From an uncultured Clostridia bacterium (lineage in GTDB: Bacteria > Bacillota > Clostridia > Christensenellales > CAG-314): a stretch of DNA of 64,000 bases. Each line of letters opens with the position of its first letter. The stretch's first letter is position 1. The stretch is taken from contig CANQYT010000010.1 of assembly GCA_947628135.1 (NCBI GenBank), forward strand, positions 151 to 64,150, given 5' to 3'. Made by a program: the position numbers and the translations under genes. The notes below the pieces were generated by a model. It saw only the letters and a list, made by a program, of their open reading frames with translations. It was not told where the DNA came from and did no database searches. Shown here piece by piece: positions 24,667-34,648 of this stretch.

Positions 24667-25051
24667 TCTGTTTGCGTTTGTGAAAACAAAGTATGATGAA
24701 ACCCAAAACAATAATAAACAAAGTGGTGCGCACAACAATATATAATAATGCAAGGGATTACAAACAACAAATGTCGCGCAACAGAGGGTGGGTGCGGATG
24801 TGTTATAGTCTTGTGGCGCGGCGGACGGTTGCGGGGCGCAGTGTTTTGTTGCATTGGTTTGTATTTTTTCTTTTTGTACTGCGCTGATAATGCAAGGTTT
24901 AAGTGGGGCGGTAAATTATTCTGTTGCAACCTTTATAGGAATGCTGTAAGATTTGCCGTCCTGCTGTGGCGGTGGGCGAGCGACAAGCGTTCAAGCGCTT
25001 GGCTATAAACATTGCGGCTTGCAACACTTCAAGCGGCGATTACACGCGATG

Positions 25052-25423
25052 TCAATCCGCGTCGTCGTTTTTGACGCGGAACGCCTTTTCTTCCAGCAGT
25101 CTTTCCGCATAGCCGGATACCGCGGCGACGCCCAATTCGTTCAGCGCGCTGCACTCTTCGGCAAGGCGCAACACGTCGGGGCGCAATGCGCGCTCTCCTA
25201 TGTTGACTTGATGTACGATCAATTTTTTGTCGGTGCACGTCCTGCCTATCAGATAGTCCACGGTCACCCCGAACAAGTCGGCAAATTCCATCAAGGTGGA
25301 CAGCGACGGTTCGCGCCGTCCGTTTTCGTATGCCGATACGGTCGATTCGGCAATGGACAGCCTGTCGCCAAGCGCTTTCATAGTGAGATTGTTCGCTTTC
25401 CTCAATTCTTTTATTTTTAACAT
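25052..25423 (-). CDS. XRE-family HTH transcriptional regulator
   Basis: MLKIKELRKANNLTMKALGDRLSIAESTVSAYENGRREPSLSTLMEFADLFGVTVDYLIGR. Start chosen at 25423, which has a GGAGAG RBS. The ORF track extends to 25453. Confidence 0.88.
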   Translation of the reverse strand: MLKIKELRKANNLTMKALGDRLSIAESTVSAYENGRREPSLSTLMEFADLFGVTVDYLIGRTCTDKKLIVHQVNIGERALRPDVLRLAEECSALNELGVAAVSGYAERLLEEKAFRVKNDDAD

Positions 25424-25480
25424 ATTTTCTCTCCGAACCGAGTATAATTCCACGAAATATTATGCGCAATGCAAAAAAAG

Positions 25481-25548
25481 AAAACTTTACAAAACGTAAA
25501 GTTTTTGACGAAAAATACTTTACAAAACGTACAGATTGGTTGTATAAT
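25481..25548 (+). promoter_or_regulatory. candidate operator pair plus promoter for the sipW/GLUG operon
   Basis: Perfect palindrome AAAACTTTAC-aaaac-GTAAAGTTTT at 25481-25505. A 15-bp direct repeat ACTTTACAAAACGTA occurs at 25484-25498 and 25517-25531. The second copy overlaps a TTTACA (-35), 18-nt spacer, TGTATAAT (extended -10, 25541-25548). Confidence 0.5.
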
Positions 25549-25775
25549 GATTAAAACTTGACAATTTGTACGTAAAAATTCGCAAAAAAGGCGCGCTGTT
25601 TCGAAGATATGACTGTACGAAGCGTAAAGTCTATACGTTTCGGCGGGAGCGAAATAGGGCGAAAAGTGCAACATTGTGACTTTGTTGGTCGAAGCTCTAC
25701 ACAAGTTTATCAAAATAGTTTAGTATAGAGCGGAATACAGTAGTACGGCACGATAAGTGCCGTTGCGGAGACAGC

Positions 25776-26246
25776 GTGAAAAAACTTGTATACATTTTGT
25801 CGGCGTTGTGCGTATTGTTGTTGGCGGTGGGCGTTGTGCTTACGGTTTTGTTGTTGAACGACGACGAAGCGGTCCGCAACGTTACGCTCGACAAAGACGG
25901 GACGACGACGGCGGAGTTGGCGTTTTGCGCGCAATTAAATCCGTCCGAAAGTCGCGAATACAGCGTGGTGTTGCACGGCGGCTCAGACGAGCGGCTCAAC
26001 GTCACGTTTACGTTGGACAACGCGCGCGGCGAGTTGGCAAAATTCGTCGAGGTGGAGTTGTCCTGCGACGGGCTGAACGTGAGGGGCACTCTTGCTCAGT
26101 TGCAGGGAAAGCGTTACTCGGTTTTGTGCGATTTCAGCGGCAGTTTCACCGTCACGATAAGGCTGGGCATTCCCGCCGACGTAGGCAACGACGCAATGGG
26201 CAAAAGCGTCGATTTCGATTTGCTTTTGCAGGCGGACAGGCAGTGA
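25776..26246 (+). CDS. small N-terminally anchored or secreted protein
   Basis: GTG start with a GGAG RBS. N-terminal hydrophobic segment KKLVYILSALCVLLLAVGVVLTVLLL. Codon usage matches its neighbours. Confidence 0.65.
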   Translation: MKKLVYILSALCVLLLAVGVVLTVLLLNDDEAVRNVTLDKDGTTTAELAFCAQLNPSESREYSVVLHGGSDERLNVTFTLDNARGELAKFVEVELSCDGLNVRGTLAQLQGKRYSVLCDFSGSFTVTIRLGIPADVGNDAMGKSVDFDLLLQADRQ

Positions 26247-26247
26247 T

Positions 26248-27042
26248 ATGTCGCAGCGTGGTCGCAAAAGCGCAAAAAAGGCGTTGCACATAATTGCAAA
26301 CGCGGCGCTGTATTTGTTTCTGACGCTGTGTTTGCTGACGCTGACGCTGTCGATTTTTTCGGAAAGGAGCGACGGGGCTGTCACCCTGTTCGGCAAAGTG
26401 CAATTGCGTATCGTACTGTCCCCCTCTATGGAAAGCAACGACGATACGGACGTGTCCGACTTCGAGATTAAGTCCATTCCCGTGCGCAGTATGGTGTTTG
26501 TGAGTACAGTGCCGACAAACGAGGCGCAGGCCCGTTTGTTCTACGACGGTTTGAAAGAGGGCGACGTTCTCACTTTCAAATACGTCTATTCGCAGCAGGA
26601 AACCATCACTCACCGACTGATACGCAAAGAACCTAACGGCAGCGGCGGATATTTGCTGTATCTCAAAGGAGACAATTCCGTCAGCTCGGCAAATGCGGAC
26701 GTACAGATAGTGGACACCGACGACGAGATGGGGTTGAACTACATCGTCGGCAAAGTTACGGGGCAAAGCGTTGTTCTCGGCAACGTTGTGTACGCGGTGC
26801 AGCAACCCGTCGGACTCGCGCTCATAGTGATAGTGCCTTGCGCCGCGATAATCATCGCAGAGACGGTGCGCATAGTCAACGTGCTTGCCGCCCGCAAACG
26901 CGAGCGCGCCGAGGCGGAAAACAAGCGGCTTGCGGATGAAGCCGCCGCCAAAGAGACGGAAATAGAGCAATTGAAAAAACGTCTTTCCGAATTGTCTGCG
27001 GCGACTCAAAGCGCAGAACTTTCCGCAAATAACAAAGAATAG
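26248..27042 (+). CDS. sipW: signal peptidase I, SipW-like (ER/archaeal type, S26B) with C-terminal TM and coiled-coil tail
   Basis: VLSPSMES (catalytic Ser context), ITHRL (His), LKGDNSVS...D. Lies next to proteins with TasA-type signal peptides. Confidence 0.78.
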   Translation: MSQRGRKSAKKALHIIANAALYLFLTLCLLTLTLSIFSERSDGAVTLFGKVQLRIVLSPSMESNDDTDVSDFEIKSIPVRSMVFVSTVPTNEAQARLFYDGLKEGDVLTFKYVYSQQETITHRLIRKEPNGSGGYLLYLKGDNSVSSANADVQIVDTDDEMGLNYIVGKVTGQSVVLGNVVYAVQQPVGLALIVIVPCAAIIIAETVRIVNVLAARKRERAEAENKRLADEAAAKETEIEQLKKRLSELSAATQSAELSANNKE

Positions 27043-27051
27043 GAGAATCAG

Positions 27052-27696
27052 ATGTATACAGCGGTTATTGTTTTTATGGCGTTGGTGGCGGCGATGTGCG
27101 TTTTCAGCGTCACCGTGATAGTTATCGACTTGAAACGTTCGAAAAAGCCCGCCGACCCCGACTCGGCAACCACGGCGACGCAGTCCGCTCAGACGGTCGC
27201 GGCAACCGCTTCCGTCGCTTCGGCGGCTGCGGTCGCGGCAGTAGAGGACGAGCAGGCGGTGGTGTTCAGCGCGCAGAAAATGACCCATACGGAAAAATAT
27301 GCGCAGTTGGACGACGAAAGCAAGGCTTGGTACAACGCCGTTGCAACTCACGCGGCGGCAGTGCCGCAGATCAAGCGCGTGAAAAACGACAAATGCGAAG
27401 AGTTTCGCCTGTTCGGCAAGCGTATCGTGCGACTGTCGATAAAAAAAGGCGTAGTTCACTGCGAGTATTGCATAGTCAACGTCGAATTTAACCGCTATGT
27501 TGTCAACGGGAAGTTGGCGGTCAAACATACCGCCACGATAATCAAGTTGGTTTCCGAACGGGAAGTCGTAGCCGCCGAAAACGCCGTTGAAATTGCTGTC
27601 GCCATTGTGCGCAGAGAACGCAACGAAAAACATCAAAGAGATCTGGAACGCCGCCGCGAAGCACGCAGGCAACGGACGGCGTCATCGGATAACTAA
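27052..27696 (+). CDS. N-terminally anchored hypothetical protein
   Basis: AGGAGAA RBS. TM segment AVIVFMALVAAMCVFSVTVIVI, an Ala/Thr-rich linker and a basic C-tail. Confidence 0.65.
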   Translation: MYTAVIVFMALVAAMCVFSVTVIVIDLKRSKKPADPDSATTATQSAQTVAATASVASAAAVAAVEDEQAVVFSAQKMTHTEKYAQLDDESKAWYNAVATHAAAVPQIKRVKNDKCEEFRLFGKRIVRLSIKKGVVHCEYCIVNVEFNRYVVNGKLAVKHTATIIKLVSEREVVAAENAVEIAVAIVRRERNEKHQRDLERRREARRQRTASSDN

Positions 27697-27714
27697 ACGA
27701 AAAAGGAGGTTTTT

Positions 27715-28344
27715 ATGTCCAAACGATCGAGGATCATACTTCTGTCCTGCGTGACGGTGTTGTGTTGCGTGGCGCTGATAACGGCTGGTACGTTGGCTTT
27801 GTTCACCTACAACCGAACCGTAACAAACCATCTGCAAGCGGGCAGTCTCGTCGCTACTCTTACGCGCACCGAGTTGGTAAGCACGGTTTTAGACGCTCAC
27901 GGCAGGCTCGTAACGTCTGCCGACGACGATCCCAAAGATTTCACCGAGCAGTCTGCCGACAATGTTTTCGGGTTGAAATCGCAGGAAACCGTCGCTCCCG
28001 GGTGTTCGTTCGAGGCGGCGATGCAACTGTCCAACGGCGGAACTGTGGCGTTTTGCTATTGGGTGGAGATAACAGGAATAAGCGGTGACGACGAACTGCA
28101 AGATCAACTGCAACTTACCGTTTCGGTAAACGGCGGTCAGGCGCGCTCCGCAACGCTCACAAGCGGCGAGGCGGCTTCTCTGTTGGGCAGCGAGCAAAGT
28201 CCCGTAGGCACTTTGGCTGTGGGAGAACAAGGCAGTTTTACCGTCAAGTTGGAATTTCTGTCCGCAGCGGGCAACGACGCGCAGTCCAAGACCGCAAGTT
28301 TCGACCTTGTCGTCCACGCGGTGCAGGTAACCGCTCAACAGTAG
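27715..28344 (+). CDS. TasA/camelysin-like secreted protein with SipW-dependent-type signal peptide
   Basis: AAGGAGG RBS. N-terminus ...ALITAGTLALFTYNRTVTNHLQAGSL is typical of the SipW-cognate signal class. Confidence 0.7.
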   Translation: MSKRSRIILLSCVTVLCCVALITAGTLALFTYNRTVTNHLQAGSLVATLTRTELVSTVLDAHGRLVTSADDDPKDFTEQSADNVFGLKSQETVAPGCSFEAAMQLSNGGTVAFCYWVEITGISGDDELQDQLQLTVSVNGGQARSATLTSGEAASLLGSEQSPVGTLAVGEQGSFTVKLEFLSAAGNDAQSKTASFDLVVHAVQVTAQQ

Positions 28345-28410
28345 GCCGTTACAAAATCTGTATTCGTGCGAGGGTATATCCTTGCACACATCAAAAAAAA
28401 GGAGAAGAAA

Positions 28411-31400
28411 ATGAAGAAAACGAGCAAAATCATCATTACGTCCGTGTTGACGATAGTGGCGTGCGTAAGTCTCATTGCCGGCGCAACGTTCGCGCTGTTC
28501 AGCAGCGAGAGCAGTACCAACGTCGCCATTACAAGCGCAACCGTGGACGTAAAGGCGTCGATCGACGAAAGCAGTTTGCAATATTCGTACGATCCGTCTT
28601 TGCAAGGACCGAACACAAGTTTCGATTACAAAGTAACCGACGGCAATCTTGTGCTGAACTACCTTGCCCCCGGAGACGAGTTGAGTTTCGACATTCAACT
28701 TTCCAACGAAAGCACGATACCCGTCAAGTGGCAGCTTTCCGTTGCGGAGGGCGATGAGGATCAGGCGGGATTTTTCCGTCTGCTCAGCGTCGAAACGGAG
28801 GGCTACGATATGGTGGCGACATCCAAAGCCAGCCTCACAGCGTGGCAAAGCGTAGCGGCGGGAAGCGCGATAGACCCGCTTCACGTCTCCATCGGTATGC
28901 CTGTTGAAGTTACGCAGGCTCAGGTGGACGAGTATTCCGAAACGCAGAAACTTGTCGTTACCGTGACGGCGATACAGGGCAACGCCGCAACGACCGATCC
29001 CGTTGCAAGCGCAATCAATCTGCACGAGTCGTTTGACGTGGACGAACTCAAAAAGGGCGAAATAACGCAAAACGTCAACTTGCTCAACGACATCGAACTG
29101 CCGAAGGGCGACGGTTGGGAAGCGTTGAACATCTCCGATACCGCAGTGTTCAACGGCAACGGCTACACGATCTCTTTCACGCAGGGCGACCCCGAAACGT
29201 TTGCGGAGACGGAAGCCGAAGTTCGCAACGTAACGCTGCGTCTTGCAACCGACTTCGGCAAACGCTGCACTTGGGACGAACAGGGCGACACGGAAGTTGC
29301 TTGGCAAGCCAACAATGCTAACGGACTGAAAGCGTTTGCGCAGGAAGTAAACACAGGTATCGCCGCGCATACTATCGCGCGTCACGCTCCGCGTTCCTTG
29401 CGCGCGCCCGTTGTTGCGCACACGCGTAATTTCGAAGGCGAATTGGTGGAACTTACCGGCGACATAGACCTCCTCGGCGTGACGGATTGGCAACCCATCG
29501 GCTCAACCGACAGTATGCCGAGCAAACTCTTCAAGGGTACGTTCGACGGAAAGGGACACACGATTTCCAATCTTACATACACGACCCAACAATCGGGCGC
29601 GGGATTGTTCAATTCGACGGCGGAAGCGAAGTTTGAAAATATTGTATTGAAAAACATCACCGTCAGCGGTACGGAATACGTTGGCGCGCTTGTCGGCTAC
29701 GGCTACACAAGCGACTACGAGAACGTCACCGCGATCAACGTCAAACTTACGGGCAATCACTTTGTAGGCGGCATCGCGGGCGGCAGTTATTCGCAATTCG
29801 TCAACTGCCACGTGGAAAAACTCGAAATCGTTTGCACGCCCGACGGACAGGAAGGCAGTTACGACAACGGCGACAAAGTCGGCGGACTTATCGGAATTGA
29901 GGAAAGCGGCAGTTTCCGTTTCGAAAATTGTTCCGTCAAAGACGCAAACATAACCGCATTCCGCGACGTGGGCGGCTTTACGGGATACGCCAACATCGGA
30001 CGCATAGTAAATTCCAAGGTGGAAAACGTCCACATCACGATAGACAGACAGCGCAACTACTCGGAGGAAGACCCCAAGCCTTTCAACGCCGACAGTTACA
30101 TCGGCAGAAAAGCCGAGGGCTGCAACGTAGACGAGGCGAGCGCGTCCGCAGTGAGCAACTTTACCGTTTCTTACGTAAACTGCGGAGAGTTTTTCAAGAC
30201 GGACGACGGTAAGTACCGCATCGAATCGGCAAGCGGTCTCGGCGAGTTCCGCGACAGCGTCAACGGCGGCGAGAACTACGCGGGAGTTACCGTTCAACTT
30301 ATGTCCGACGTCGATCTGCAAAACGAAGATTGGACGCCGATAGGAGAGGGTTACGACGCCAACAAGCCTTTCAAAGGCACGTTCGACGGCAACGGATACA
30401 CCATAAGTAACCTGACCGTCAACAGCACGAACAGAGGTTTCGGACTGTTTGCGCGTTGCGACGGGGCGACGATACGCAACCTCGCAATAGGCGGACTCGT
30501 ACAGATAAGCGCAAACGACAGTTACGGAGCGGTGATATGCGGATACGGCAGCGGAACGTTTGAGGATATAGTCATCGACGCAGATCCCGACAGTTACGTA
30601 AAGTCTACGCTTACGGGGCTGGACGTGGGTTCGATTGTGGGACTGTCCAACGGCAGCACCGTAACCGACGTAGAAAGCAACATCACCGTCAGCGCAACGG
30701 GCGGCAGAGTCGGCGGAATCATAGGACAGTCCAACGGCGACGCGCTCACGCGCGTAACTTACAAAGGCTACGTTGACGCAAGTTCCAATCGCGGAGGCAT
30801 TGTCGGTATGCTGCAAAGCGGAACGACGACTGTTACGGATTGCCACTTTGTCGGAAAACTCAAAGCGTTGCTCGGCGGTGCGGAAACAACGTACGAACAA
30901 GGTATATGGGGTGGCAAAGTAAGCGGCAGCGCCACCGTGAAAAATTCCGATTGCCTCATCGAAACAGGCGACGGATTTACCGATACTGCGGTTTGGGACG
31001 ACGGCGGCAAAGTCACTCACGGTTACACCGTGGCGGATCTCGCGGGCTTAAAGGCTTTTGCTAATATCGTATCCGAGGGCAAGTCTTTCCGCAACGTAAC
31101 GGTAAGTTTGCTTGACGACGTGGATCTCGGCGGCGAGGAGTGGACGCCCATCGGAGCGACGGTAAACGGCTTCGATGGCTGGTTCGACGGAAACGGACAC
31201 AAAATTACCGGTCTGTCCGTCACGCAACTCACGCGCGCTTCGCAAGGCTCTTACTATGCGGGTCTGTTCGGTTACGTCAGCCGCGGCAAGATAACAAATC
31301 TGAAAGTCTACGGCGAAATTCGCATAGACGAACTGCCCCAAGACGCCGAACACAACTATTTAGGCGGAATCGCCGGTATCAGCCGCGTAAACAACAGTCT

Positions 31401-31926
31401 GTATTCCGACGTGGATATTTCCGTATCCGCAGGCAGCAGACCGACCGCGGAATTGTATGTCGGCGGAATCACGGGACAGCTTCTCGGCGCTACGGGCGCT
31501 CCGCAAGGGTCGAATTCCGATTTGCTCAACGGCGGCGACATACGCGTAGAGGGCACTGTTAAAAGCGCGCATATCGGCGGAATTGCCGGTCTCGCTCAAA
31601 ACGGTTCAGGCTTCAATTTCGTAAATCTCGGGAAATTGAGTTGCGCCGTTGAAATAGCGTCCGACCCCGCAACGCAGGATATGGCATTTATGATGAAATG
31701 TATCGGTCTGATCATCGGGCTGGACGTCATCGACGAACTCGGCAATTGCTACTCGGTTGCGTCCGAAGATTACGAGGCTTGCGGTTACTGCTCACGCACT
31801 ATGATGGAGCAACCCGAACATACCGCCACGCTGATAAACGGATCTTCGCACACTCGCGAACAATTCAGCGGGTTCGATTTCGGCGATATCTGGGATATAA
31901 CCAATGGAAAAATCGCTTTGAGGTAA
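28411..31926 (+). CDS. large secreted GLUG-motif repeat protein (adhesin/surface fibre-like) with SipW-type signal peptide
   Basis: Start moved to ATG 28411 (AAGGAGAAG RBS). N-terminus MKKTSKIIITSVLTIVACVSLIAGATFALFSSESSTN. Many repeats of the form F.GTFDGNG.TI.NL and VGG(I/L)(A/I/T)G. Confidence 0.85.
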   Translation: MKKTSKIIITSVLTIVACVSLIAGATFALFSSESSTNVAITSATVDVKASIDESSLQYSYDPSLQGPNTSFDYKVTDGNLVLNYLAPGDELSFDIQLSNESTIPVKWQLSVAEGDEDQAGFFRLLSVETEGYDMVATSKASLTAWQSVAAGSAIDPLHVSIGMPVEVTQAQVDEYSETQKLVVTVTAIQGNAATTDPVASAINLHESFDVDELKKGEITQNVNLLNDIELPKGDGWEALNISDTAVFNGNGYTISFTQGDPETFAETEAEVRNVTLRLATDFGKRCTWDEQGDTEVAWQANNANGLKAFAQEVNTGIAAHTIARHAPRSLRAPVVAHTRNFEGELVELTGDIDLLGVTDWQPIGSTDSMPSKLFKGTFDGKGHTISNLTYTTQQSGAGLFNSTAEAKFENIVLKNITVSGTEYVGALVGYGYTSDYENVTAINVKLTGNHFVGGIAGGSYSQFVNCHVEKLEIVCTPDGQEGSYDNGDKVGGLIGIEESGSFRFENCSVKDANITAFRDVGGFTGYANIGRIVNSKVENVHITIDRQRNYSEEDPKPFNADSYIGRKAEGCNVDEASASAVSNFTVSYVNCGEFFKTDDGKYRIESASGLGEFRDSVNGGENYAGVTVQLMSDVDLQNEDWTPIGEGYDANKPFKGTFDGNGYTISNLTVNSTNRGFGLFARCDGATIRNLAIGGLVQISANDSYGAVICGYGSGTFEDIVIDADPDSYVKSTLTGLDVGSIVGLSNGSTVTDVESNITVSATGGRVGGIIGQSNGDALTRVTYKGYVDASSNRGGIVGMLQSGTTTVTDCHFVGKLKALLGGAETTYEQGIWGGKVSGSATVKNSDCLIETGDGFTDTAVWDDGGKVTHGYTVADLAGLKAFANIVSEGKSFRNVTVSLLDDVDLGGEEWTPIGATVNGFDGWFDGNGHKITGLSVTQLTRASQGSYYAGLFGYVSRGKITNLKVYGEIRIDELPQDAEHNYLGGIAGISRVNNSLYSDVDISVSAGSRPTAELYVGGITGQLLGATGAPQGSNSDLLNGGDIRVEGTVKSAHIGGIAGLAQNGSGFNFVNLGKLSCAVEIASDPATQDMAFMMKCIGLIIGLDVIDELGNCYSVASEDYEACGYCSRTMMEQPEHTATLINGSSHTREQFSGFDFGDIWDITNGKIALR

Positions 31927-31960
31927 GCAAAAAATCCAAAAAAAAGAGGTATTTCCGACT

Positions 31961-33070
31961 ATGACAAAACTTATTGCATATTGTAAAAGTATAGCGTTGT
32001 TTGTCGTACTTGCCCTGCTTGTCGGTTTCGCGCCGTCGCTTCCCGCGGCTTATGCGGAAGAGGTGACGCCCGCTATCAGCGGTACGACGATAACCATCGA
32101 CAGTGCGGACGATCTTGTGTGGGTTTCCGCATATTCCGCCAACACCGACGAAAGTCAAAAGGTGCAAGATATACCGTTTACGTTCTACGGCTACACTTTG
32201 CAAGTTACCGCGAACATCGATATGGGCAATGCGGCTTTCACTCCGATAACCGACTTCCACGGCACGTTGGAGGGCGTGGAGTTAACGGAGGACGTATATC
32301 CCACGATCAGCGGTCTCAAAGTCAATACCGCCGACAACGCGGCTCTGTGCGGCAACATCGCCTATTCGGGCGGACGACCTGTGTTCAGAAATCTGACAAT
32401 AGCCGACTCCTCCTTTGAAACGAGCGGAAATTACGCAGGGTCGTTTGCCGCGCAGGCGTACACGAGTACGTTTACAAACTGCCACGCAGTCAACGTCACC
32501 GTAAGCGCCAATCGCTTCGTCGGCGGCATAGTGGGTATGACCTACGGCAACATAACTCAATGCAGTCTCAGCGGCAATTCCACCGTGTCGGCGTCTACGC
32601 GCAGTCTCGCATACGGCGACAACGTCGGCGGCATAGTGGGACTTATGGGCGAGGGCGGAATGGAAATTTCCGCTTGCAACGTGACGGACGCCGTGCTTAC
32701 GGGCACTCGTCAGGTGGGCGGTGTAGCGGGACTCGCCAACTATGGCAACACGATAACCAACTGCGATGTGACCAATTGCCAAATTTCGGCGTTGGGCTCG
32801 CTGAGCACTTCGCGCGGCGAGGTGTGCGCGGGAGGAGTCGTCGGGCAAATCAACTTGCAGGCAAACTACACCGTCACCGTCACCGACAACCGCGTACAGG
32901 ATTGCACCGTGACCGCTTCGGCACTGTTTGGCGGGGCGTATTCCGGTTGGCTGATAGGCGAGGGTTATTCCCGCACCTCCGCAGGCACTCTGACGACCAC
33001 GGGCAACGAAGATCTCGGCGGCAACACGCCCGACGTAATGATAGGCGGCACGCCGTCCGACAACGGTTGA
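31961..33070 (+). CDS. secreted GLUG-motif repeat protein
   Basis: Signal peptide ...LLVGFAPSLPAAYAEE. Repeated FVGGIVG, VGGIVGL, VGGVAGL and AGGVVGQ units. Confidence 0.82.
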   Translation: MTKLIAYCKSIALFVVLALLVGFAPSLPAAYAEEVTPAISGTTITIDSADDLVWVSAYSANTDESQKVQDIPFTFYGYTLQVTANIDMGNAAFTPITDFHGTLEGVELTEDVYPTISGLKVNTADNAALCGNIAYSGGRPVFRNLTIADSSFETSGNYAGSFAAQAYTSTFTNCHAVNVTVSANRFVGGIVGMTYGNITQCSLSGNSTVSASTRSLAYGDNVGGIVGLMGEGGMEISACNVTDAVLTGTRQVGGVAGLANYGNTITNCDVTNCQISALGSLSTSRGEVCAGGVVGQINLQANYTVTVTDNRVQDCTVTASALFGGAYSGWLIGEGYSRTSAGTLTTTGNEDLGGNTPDVMIGGTPSDNG

Positions 33071-33233
33071 TCTCGCGTTTCGGCGCGGGTAATGCGCCCC
33101 GTTTTGTAGGCGCAAACTCCTTTGTAAAGGCCTCGGGAGAGATCTCGGGGCTTTTGCTTTGTCCGAAAACTCATCTGCGCACTATTTTTGCGCGGTAAAA
33201 CGTCGTTCGGGGCGCGTAAGCGCGTGTATACGG

Positions 33234-33262
33234 TTGACAATATCCCGCAGCGGTGGTACAAT
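33234..33262 (+). promoter_or_regulatory. sigma-A-type promoter for the metK leader
   Basis: TTGACA (33234-33239), 17-nt spacer, TACAAT (33257-33262), directly upstream of the riboswitch. Confidence 0.65.
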
Positions 33263-33270
33263 ACAATCAG

Positions 33271-33417
33271 CCTATCGAGAGTGACGGAGAGACGGACTCT
33301 GTGAAGTCACAGCAACCTAAAATATTGTTAGGTGCTAAATTCCGCGACGTAAGTCGGAAGATGGGACGGCGATGGCTGTTTGTGCGTCTTGTCTTTGTGT
33401 GACAGGACGCTTTTTTT
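33271..33417 (+). promoter_or_regulatory. SAM-I (S-box) riboswitch with terminator expression platform
   Basis: CCUAUCGAGAGUGACGGAGAGACGGACUCUGUGAAGUCACAGCAACC...AGGUGCUAAAUUCCGCGAC...GUCGGAAGAUGGGA matches the S-box core (compare the B. subtilis yitJ leader). Followed by a GCGTCTTGTC/GACAGGACGC hairpin and T7 at 33384-33417. Lies upstream of metK. Confidence 0.88.
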
Positions 33418-33454
33418 GAACGGGCACAGGCGCGATAGGTAACAAGGAGAAAGT

Positions 33455-34639
33455 ATGAAAAACGCAAAACACAGATTCTTTACCTCCGAAAGCGTGACGG
33501 AAGGACACCCCGACAAGATTTGCGACCAAATTTCCGACGCTATTTTGGACGCTATTCTCGCTTCCGACCCCGATGCGCGCGTTGCGTGCGAAACGGTCGT
33601 TTGCACGGGTACGGTGTTCGTGATGGGGCAAATTACGACCACGGCGGTTGTGGACTACGCAAAGATAGTGCGCGACACCGTCCGCGAAATAGGTTACACG
33701 CGCGCAAAGTACGGCTTCGACGCGGACAGCTGCGGCGTGATAGTTTCGCTGGACAAGCAGTCGCCGGACATAGCCCGCGGCGTGGACCGTTCCGACGAGT
33801 ACCGCGATCGCGGCGAGATCCTCGACCTGTACGGAGCGGGCGATCAGGGTATGATGTTCGGATACGCCTGCAACGAAACGCCCGAATATATGCCTATGGC
33901 TATCACTTTGGCGCAAAAGATCAGCCGCCGTCTTGCGCAGGTGCGCAAGGAGGGTATTCTCGACTACCTGCGCCCCGACGGAAAGTGTCAGGTGACGGTG
34001 GAGTACGACGAGTACGGCAAGCCTTTCCGCGTGGATACGATAGTGCTTTCCACACAGCACGGTCCGGACGTGGACAGCGCGACCATTGCCCGCGATATGA
34101 TAAATCTCGTCATACGGGAAGTCGTTCCGCTGGAATTGCTGGACGAAGAAACCAAGTACTACATCAATCCCACGGGACGTTTCGAAATAGGCGGTCCTGC
34201 CGCGGACAGCGGTTTGACGGGGCGCAAGATAATAGTAGACACGTACGGCGGTTACTGCGCTCACGGCGGCGGCGCGTTCAGCGGAAAGGACGCGACCAAG
34301 GTGGACCGTTCGGCAACGTATATGGCGCGCTACATCTGCAAAAACATAGTCGCCGCTTCTCTGGCGGATAAGATACAGTTGCAGGTAAGTTACGCGATAG
34401 GGCGAAGCAAACCCGTCAGTATAGACGTAAACACGTTCGGCACGGGCAAAGTCAGCGATTCCGCCCTTGCGGAGATAATTTCCGAAGAGTTCGACCTGCG
34501 CCCTCGCGCCATCATCGATTTGTTCGGTCTGCAACGTCCGCTGTATCGCGACACGGCGTGCTACGGGCATTTCGGCAGAGACGAATTTCCCTGGGAGCAG
34601 ACGGACAGGGTAAGCGATCTTGAAAAATACGTCAAATAG
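33455..34639 (+). CDS. metK: S-adenosylmethionine synthetase
   Basis: [46 protein letters not shown] and similar hallmark motifs. Confidence 0.97.
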   Translation: MKNAKHRFFTSESVTEGHPDKICDQISDAILDAILASDPDARVACETVVCTGTVFVMGQITTTAVVDYAKIVRDTVREIGYTRAKYGFDADSCGVIVSLDKQSPDIARGVDRSDEYRDRGEILDLYGAGDQGMMFGYACNETPEYMPMAITLAQKISRRLAQVRKEGILDYLRPDGKCQVTVEYDEYGKPFRVDTIVLSTQHGPDVDSATIARDMINLVIREVVPLELLDEETKYYINPTGRFEIGGPAADSGLTGRKIIVDTYGGYCAHGGGAFSGKDATKVDRSATYMARYICKNIVAASLADKIQLQVSYAIGRSKPVSIDVNTFGTGKVSDSALAEIISEEFDLRPRAIIDLFGLQRPLYRDTACYGHFGRDEFPWEQTDRVSDLEKYVK

Positions 34640-34648
34640 GAGCGATCT

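Noticed and set aside
26152-31020. Long minus-strand ORFs 26152-27672, 27889-29493 and 29503-31020, opposite the sipW/GLUG operon
   Set aside because: The plus-strand genes have RBSs, signal peptides and repeat motifs. The antisense ORFs are Arg/Val/Ala-rich with no start context.
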